From Acidobacteriota bacterium (lineage in GTDB: Bacteria; Acidobacteriota; UBA890; WLXD01): a DNA stretch of 64,000 bases. The DNA lies in the NCBI GenBank assembly GCA_963666055.2, contig CAXWPH010000015.1:1792001-1856000 (forward strand), read 5' to 3'. Positions 58,501 through 64,000 of this stretch are shown here, piece after piece. Within the stretch, counting starts at the first letter, position 1. The number at the start of each line of letters is the position of its first letter. The notes below the pieces were generated by a model, which ran no database searches, was not told the DNA's origin, and was given only the letters and a program-made list of their open reading frames with translations. Both the position numbers and the translations under genes were made by a program.

Positions 58501-59751
58501 CTATTCGCTCTTGGGGTTCCATTCGCCTCGCGCCACCGCTGGCATGAAGCCTGCCAGGTCGGGCGGCGGAAACTCGATGGCAGCGCCACGCTCGGCGCTC
58601 ATATAAGCGGTCATTAGCAACTCCGTGACGTTGAGACCATCGTCGAACGTCTCGTCCGGCCGTCGGCCGTCGAGAAAGCACCGCACCATGTGCCGGTTCT
58701 CGCCGACGTAGCCATACTCGCTTTCTTCGTCGGCCACCACCGGCATCTGGCCAACTTCCGCGTTCTGCTTTTCTACCAGGTCCTCGCCTGCCGCCCCCAC
58801 CACCCGCCTCGAGAAGAACAGCTTGGGGCCCATGTCGAGTGAGTTAACCGACATCGAGTACTCGGGGCCGAGCAGCTCCATCGTGAGCCGCAGCCCGGCG
58901 CCGACAAAGCACCATGACGTGGTGGTCTCGACGATCCGCGGGTTACCGTCCGGGTCGCGATACTCGACGAGCGAGCGCGCGAAATCCTCGGACGGGCGGG
59001 TCCGGTAATCGTTCTGTCCGCCGCTCGCCTGCGCCAGCTGCTCGGCGTAGTGCGGCTGCTGCCACTTCAAGCAGTTGGTGTAGGCGGTCACGCGAACCGG
59101 CGTCAGCACGTCGCGGGGCGCGCCGGGCGGCGTCAACAGAAAACGCGCTGTCTCCACGGAGTGGCACATCATGTCGTTGAGCACCCCGCCCCCCTGCAGC
59201 TCGCCCGACCAGAACCAGGGCATGTGCGGGCCAGCGTGCTCTTCCGCCGCCCGTGCCAGGTAGGGTGGGCCCGTGAGGGCGGCGCCGCGCGCCCAGACGA
59301 TCTGCTTGCCGCGCACCACACTGGGGGTAAACAACTGGTTCTCCAGATAGCCGTCGAGCAGTTCGGCCTCCTGCACCAGCTCGACCATGCGCATCGCCTC
59401 GGCGGTATTGCGACCCAGCGGCTTTTCGCACGCTACACCCAGCAACTCGCCCTTGCCCGACTTCACGGCGTCGACGATCTCCTCCATGACTTCGATACGG
59501 GTGAAGTTGGGCGAGCAGATCCACACCGCATCGATAGCAGGGTCGGCGACCAACTCGGTGATCGAAGCGAACGCCCTCGCCTCGCCGACACGAAGCTGGC
59601 GCGCTAGGGCGGCCGCTTCCTCCGCGCTCTCAGCGCTTCGACTGACCACGCCGAGGACATCGGCGGCGCGGACGCCGATGAACGAACGGATGTGGAAGCG
59701 GCCAACAAAGCCCCCACCGATGATCCCTACACCGAGTCGTCGCTGGGTCAT
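58501..59751 (-). CDS. Gfo/Idh/MocA oxidoreductase
   Basis: GIIGGGFVG, CEKPLG, GGGVLNDMMCH. Confidence 0.9.
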   Translation of the reverse strand: MTQRRLGVGIIGGGFVGRFHIRSFIGVRAADVLGVVSRSAESAEEAAALARQLRVGEARAFASITELVADPAIDAVWICSPNFTRIEVMEEIVDAVKSGKGELLGVACEKPLGRNTAEAMRMVELVQEAELLDGYLENQLFTPSVVRGKQIVWARGAALTGPPYLARAAEEHAGPHMPWFWSGELQGGGVLNDMMCHSVETARFLLTPPGAPRDVLTPVRVTAYTNCLKWQQPHYAEQLAQASGGQNDYRTRPSEDFARSLVEYRDPDGNPRIVETTTSWCFVGAGLRLTMELLGPEYSMSVNSLDMGPKLFFSRRVVGAAGEDLVEKQNAEVGQMPVVADEESEYGYVGENRHMVRCFLDGRRPDETFDDGLNVTELLMTAYMSAERGAAIEFPPPDLAGFMPAVARGEWNPKSE

Positions 59752-59772
59752 GAGGCTCGATTCATGGCGCCG

Positions 59773-60980
59773 TCAAGCGACAGCCGGCGGCGCCGCGCGT
59801 TGATCCTTGAAGAACAAGAGATACGCTGCGGCGCACAACACGGTCACGACGCAGGGTACGAGAAACACGGTGAACCAATCGGTCACCCCGTCAACGGTGA
59901 ACCGGCTTTGCACGTAACCGGCGAAGTTGCTGCCGACGAAGCTGCCAACGCCCAAGGTGACGATGGCGATGAGACTCTGGGCCGAGGCCCGAATGCCGGC
60001 CGGCGCCACCGAGTCAACATAGATGAACGCCGCTACGAAAAAGAAAACGTAGCAGAAACCGTGCAGGGTCAACGACGCCACCACCAGCCACCACGGTGTG
60101 CCGATGGCGAAGATCACGTAGCGCACCGGCCAGGCGATGACGCCCAGCGCCAGGGTAGAGCGCATTCCGTAACGCTTGAAAAACCACGACAGCATCACCG
60201 CCAGCACGAAGATCTCGGCGATCTGAGCGATCGTCATGACGGCCGGTACGCGCGCCGGTGAAATGCCGATGGTCGACGACTGCAGATATGGTGCGGTAAG
60301 CACATAATAAAATTGCAGCTCGGTGGCAACGACGAACGAGATCGACATGAAGATGGCGAACTCGCGGTCGCGGAGCATGCGCAGCGCCTCCAGGAACGCC
60401 CAGGGCGTGCGGCTGTTACGCTGCGGCGGCGTGTGCGGCAACAGAAACGACTGCAGCCCCCATGAGGATGGAGAAGCCACCGGCAAGTAGGAACATGTCG
60501 CCGGCCATCGCCAGTCCGCCGGCGCTGGCGCGCCAGACCGCGAGTATCCATCCCGCCGCGATCCAACCGACCGTTCCCCAGACCCGGATCCGCCCGAACC
60601 CCTCTTCGGTGTCATCGAGGTTGCTCATGGCGATCGAGTTGGTGAGCGCCAACGTCGGCCGCATAGAGCAGGCAGTACACGAACATCACCAATGCTAGCG
60701 ACCGGTAGTCGGTCAGAGTGGCCGCGTACAGCAGCACCCCGCCGCCGGACAGCTGCAGAAAGGCGATGGTGTGCTCGGAGGCGAAGTAGCGATCAGCGAT
60801 CTGCCCGGCGACGAACGGAGCGATGATCGTGGCCAGGGGCAGAAGTGAATAGACGAACCCTACCTGCGTGCCCTCGAAGCTCAGGTCGGCGAGCAGATAC
60901 GCAGACAACACCGGGGCCCAAGCACCCCAGATGGCGTACTGCAGGAACATCATCAAGCCGAGCTGGAACTTGCCGCGCAT
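59773..60980 (-). pseudogene. MFS nucleoside:H+ symporter-like (NupG family) transporter, two +1 frameshifts (~60660, ~60459)
   Basis: [56 protein letters not shown] spread over three frames; both shifts lie in G runs. Confidence 0.85.
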
Positions 60981-61051
60981 ACGTGTCACGTGTCTCTGGT
61001 GGATGTCTGTCGACGAGCCGATGCTCCTCGTCGCCCTCGAACCGGCGAACG

Positions 61052-62671
61052 CTACACGATCTTCTGTTGGAACCGGTTCCCACTCGACCCTACGGGCGAG
61101 CCCGGTAGGACTTGGTGGCCATGTGACAGGTGATCGCTTCCTCGAGGCCGCGATCGATGTTGCAGCTCGGCTCGCCGCCGTGGCGCACCGTATCCAGCCA
61201 GTCCTTGATATGCAGCCAGTGGGTGCTGACGCGCTGGCCGCCCTGGTAGGTGAATAACAATCCGCGACTAGCGAAGTACTCCTCGGTGGCAGTGGTGACC
61301 GCGTCGAGCCCTTTGAAGCCTGGTCGATATGTGAGCAGAGGCCGATCGACGTCGACGACATCGCGCTCGATCAGATCCGCGTAGCGTGTCGATTGTGCCT
61401 CGGCGATCACCCGCACCCCGCCGCCGACTTCCATCGCGGCGTCGTGACCCATGAACACCTTGCCGCGTCCGCGTCCGCTCGCCAGCGTGGCGCTGTACAC
61501 GACGCTAAGATCGCGCTCCGGATACTCGTACACCACCTGGAAGGTGTCGGGCACGTCGCGGCCATCCTTGAAGAAGTAAACACCGCCCGAGGCAACCGCA
61601 GACTTCGGGATTCCGAGGTTCATGATCTGGTTGAGGGCATCGTACTCATGCGACAGCAAGTCGCCCGCCAACCCGGTGCCGTAGTCGTACCAGCAACGCC
61701 AGCGGAAGAACCGCTCGAGGTTGAAGGGCACCTGCTTGGCGGCGTTGCCCTGGAACTGCTCCCAATCGATGGTTTCGGGATTGCCTTCCGGGTGGATGTC
61801 CCATACCCAGGCGCCCCCAGGGATCGTTGCGGTTGGTGGTTGTTTCCACCAGCGTCACCTTGCCGAGGATCTCCTTCTCGATGATCTCGCGCGCCTTGTC
61901 GTGGCTCTCGAGCTGACGATTCTGGTGACCGAGCTGGAACTTGATGCCCGAAGTCTTGACTGCCTCCACCATCGGCAGAACCTCTTCCTCGGTGCGCGTC
62001 ATCGCCTTCTCGCAGTAGACGTGCTTGCCGGCAGCGGCGGCGGCGATTGTCATCGGCGCGTGCCAGTGATCGGGGGTAGCGATCAGCACAGCGTCGACAT
62101 CGGGGGAATTGAGCAGCTCCTCGTAGTGACGGAACCGGTAGGCGGGCCGCGAGCCCGAGTCACCGCCCGGGCGCGTCTCGTTGGCCGACGCTGCGATAGC
62201 ACGTTCGGCGCGCACGTCGAACACGTCGCAGACGGCGGTAAACGCCACGTTCAGATCGCCCTGCAGCATGAACTCGGAGAGCCGGGTGTTACGCGGATCC
62301 TCGGCCGCGGCCTGCCGCCACTCCTCGGTGACTTCAGGGTGAGCGAACCCCGCGCCGCGCATCAGCGTCTCGCCCCGGCCGCCGAAGCCGATGATCCCGA
62401 GGTTGATGCGATCGGCGGGCGGCCGGCTTTGTGCGTGGTCGATGATGGCTGGCGCATCACCGCTCACCCCGAGCTCGGCCAGCACCTGGTTTCGGCGCTC
62501 GTCAGCAAGCGTTTTCTTACGCCACGCCCCCCATCCGAGCGTACCCAGAACCGGCAGCGATGCCAGCCCCTTGAAGAGGTCGCGGCGATCGAGCGCTTTG
62601 CCGTGAGCTCTGCTCTTGTCGGGCGCGCCGCCGGGGCCGTCGATCTCCTGTTCGTTGTCGCCCGTGCTCAT
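61052..62671 (-). pseudogene. Tat-exported Gfo/Idh/MocA oxidoreductase with +1 frameshifts (~61816, ~61102, ~61069)
   Basis: DRRDLF, GIIGFGGRG, ATPDHWH, VYCEK, WRCWYDYGTG..GDL; correcting the runs gives WGAWVWDIHP and VEWEPVQQKIV*. Confidence 0.85.
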
Positions 62672-63159
62672 GCCGATTCCTCCTGGCGCCGGAGCAGTCC
62701 ACCGAGCCCCACCAGATCATCGGTAGGAAAGGCCCTGATGACCCACAGCGCCGCGATTTCGATCAAGGTCTTGTTGACGATCATGTACGACCCCTCGGCG
62801 GGAATCGTCGTTTCCAGTCCGGGCAGGGGTGGGTTGGCCAGGTAGTAGAGCCCCAGCACGACCATGCCGAGCAACGCCGCCGTGCGCGATCCCAGACCGA
62901 CGACCAGGGCCAGGCCGATGAGCGTCAAGCCCCACTTATTGAGCAGGTCGACCAGCTGCAGGCGCCCCGGTTCCGACACCAACCACAGGAACCACCCCGC
63001 AAACGGCCCCTGCGCCTCGGAAACGAACCCGGCCGAAGTCCAGTAAGAATTCTGCAGCTTGGCAATGCCCTCGTACAGCAAGTGCCAGCCAACCAGCATC
63101 CGCAGGGCCACCAGCGCCAGCCTCTGTCCGCTCCGGTATTGCGATGTCGAATGGGTCAT
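62668..63159 (-). CDS. DoxX/DoxD (TQO small subunit)-like membrane protein
   Basis: LRMLVGWHLLYEGIAK, EGSYMIVNKTLIE; ATGA coupling at both ends. Confidence 0.85.
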   Translation of the reverse strand: MTHSTSQYRSGQRLALVALRMLVGWHLLYEGIAKLQNSYWTSAGFVSEAQGPFAGWFLWLVSEPGRLQLVDLLNKWGLTLIGLALVVGLGSRTAALLGMVVLGLYYLANPPLPGLETTIPAEGSYMIVNKTLIEIAALWVIRAFPTDDLVGLGGLLRRQEESA

Positions 63160-64000
63160 CGGTCTCCAGGGGGTCCGGAGGTCTCGGGCCGGTTCGTCCA
63201 TCCGGCGGACTTGAGGATAGAGCCGTTGGCGGCAACGATCAGGCAGGCAGCCCCGGGGATCGACGCAACTAGCGGCATTCCCCTCGCCGGCCCGGCAACG
63301 AAGACTGCTGTCGCCAGGGCATCTGCGGTCATGGCGGTGGCCGCACGCACGGTCACGCTGCTGGTGTGTGCCGGCGATCCGCCGGTTGGGTCGACGATGT
63401 GGTGCAGCGTGCGCTCGCGATCGAAGTAGATCTCGTAACTTCCCGAAGTGGCGACGGCGCCATCGTGCAACCGCAGCACGTCGGGGTATTCGCCTCCCTT
63501 CTCCGGATCCTGTATTGCAACGCTCCACGGCGCCCGTCCATCGCGAGTTCCGGCGGTGCGGATGTCGCCGCCGGCGTTGATCAGGTAGGCGTCCACACCA
63601 CGCGCTTGAAGCGCGTGTGCCATTCGGTCGACGATGAACCCCTTCGCCATACCGTCCAGCGTCACGCTGGTGCGCTCTCCACGAAGCAGAACGCCTCGCC
63701 CATCGATATCGACGCCGGCCGATTCGACCCGCGCCAGCGCCTCGCCGAGCTCGGCACTACTCGGCGGGCGGCTGGCGCCGGACTCACGCCCCTGTCGCAG
63801 CAGGTCAACCACTGGCGCCACGGCGATGTCGAACGCACCGGCGCTGAGCAGCTCGAACCCACGGGCTCGTTGTAGCAGGTAGACGAGCTCATCGGGGGCC
63901 GACCGCAGCGCTCCGGTGTCGTTGAGCACGCCCATCGCAGAGGTCGGCTCGTGGCGATTGAGAATCGCGATGAGCCGATCCATCTCGGCCAGCCCACGGC
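63156..64000 (-). CDS. apbE: FAD:protein FMN transferase (5'-partial)
   Basis: GAFDI, LDGMAKG, INAGGDI, VATSGSYE, HHIVDP, ADALATA. Confidence 0.92.
   Translation of the reverse strand, partial: RGLAEMDRLIAILNRHEPTSAMGVLNDTGALRSAPDELVYLLQRARGFELLSAGAFDIAVAPVVDLLRQGRESGASRPPSSAELGEALARVESAGVDIDGRGVLLRGERTSVTLDGMAKGFIVDRMAHALQARGVDAYLINAGGDIRTAGTRDGRAPWSVAIQDPEKGGEYPDVLRLHDGAVATSGSYEIYFDRERTLHHIVDPTGGSPAHTSSVTVRAATAMTADALATAVFVAGPARGMPLVASIPGAACLIVAANGSILKSAGWTNRPETSGPPGDR

Noticed and set aside
1-64000. CRISPR array, tRNA/rRNA, riboswitch, prophage or defence genes
   Set aside because: No spaced repeat arrays or recognisable motifs seen by eye; an Infernal/Rfam scan would be needed to exclude small RNAs

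Overview
GC-rich, gene-dense bacterial chromosomal segment. It is probably an Acidobacteriota-like MAG, inferred from the Oar-type TonB receptor and the sulfatase-TPR proteins. The left half (1-35.4 kb) is a polyamine/methylated-amine/acyl-CoA catabolic region: SpdH-like oxidase, APC permease, carbamoylase, amidinotransferase, Rieske oxygenase, ALDH, class-III aminotransferase, PotABCD, a BetI-type TetR with four visible operators, and GcvT-like plus two PYROXD2/CrtI-like oxidoreductases. It is interrupted by a 280-bp CTAG-bounded MITE, a divergent PEP carboxylase and a tandem CocE/NonD pair. The middle (35.6-47 kb) holds a TonB receptor with a sigma54-like promoter, followed by TPR proteins and two Thr-type sulfatase-TPR paralogs. 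The right part holds a deletion scar joining SSS-transporter and heme-peroxidase remnants, a secreted DUF3179 selenoprotein (in-frame UGA plus a SECIS-like hairpin), housekeeping-type genes and a 3-keto-glycoside-type locus with DoxX and ApbE. Several single-base G/C-run frameshifts look like long-read errors. I saw no rRNA, tRNA or CRISPR array. All family calls come from motif recognition, not database searches.
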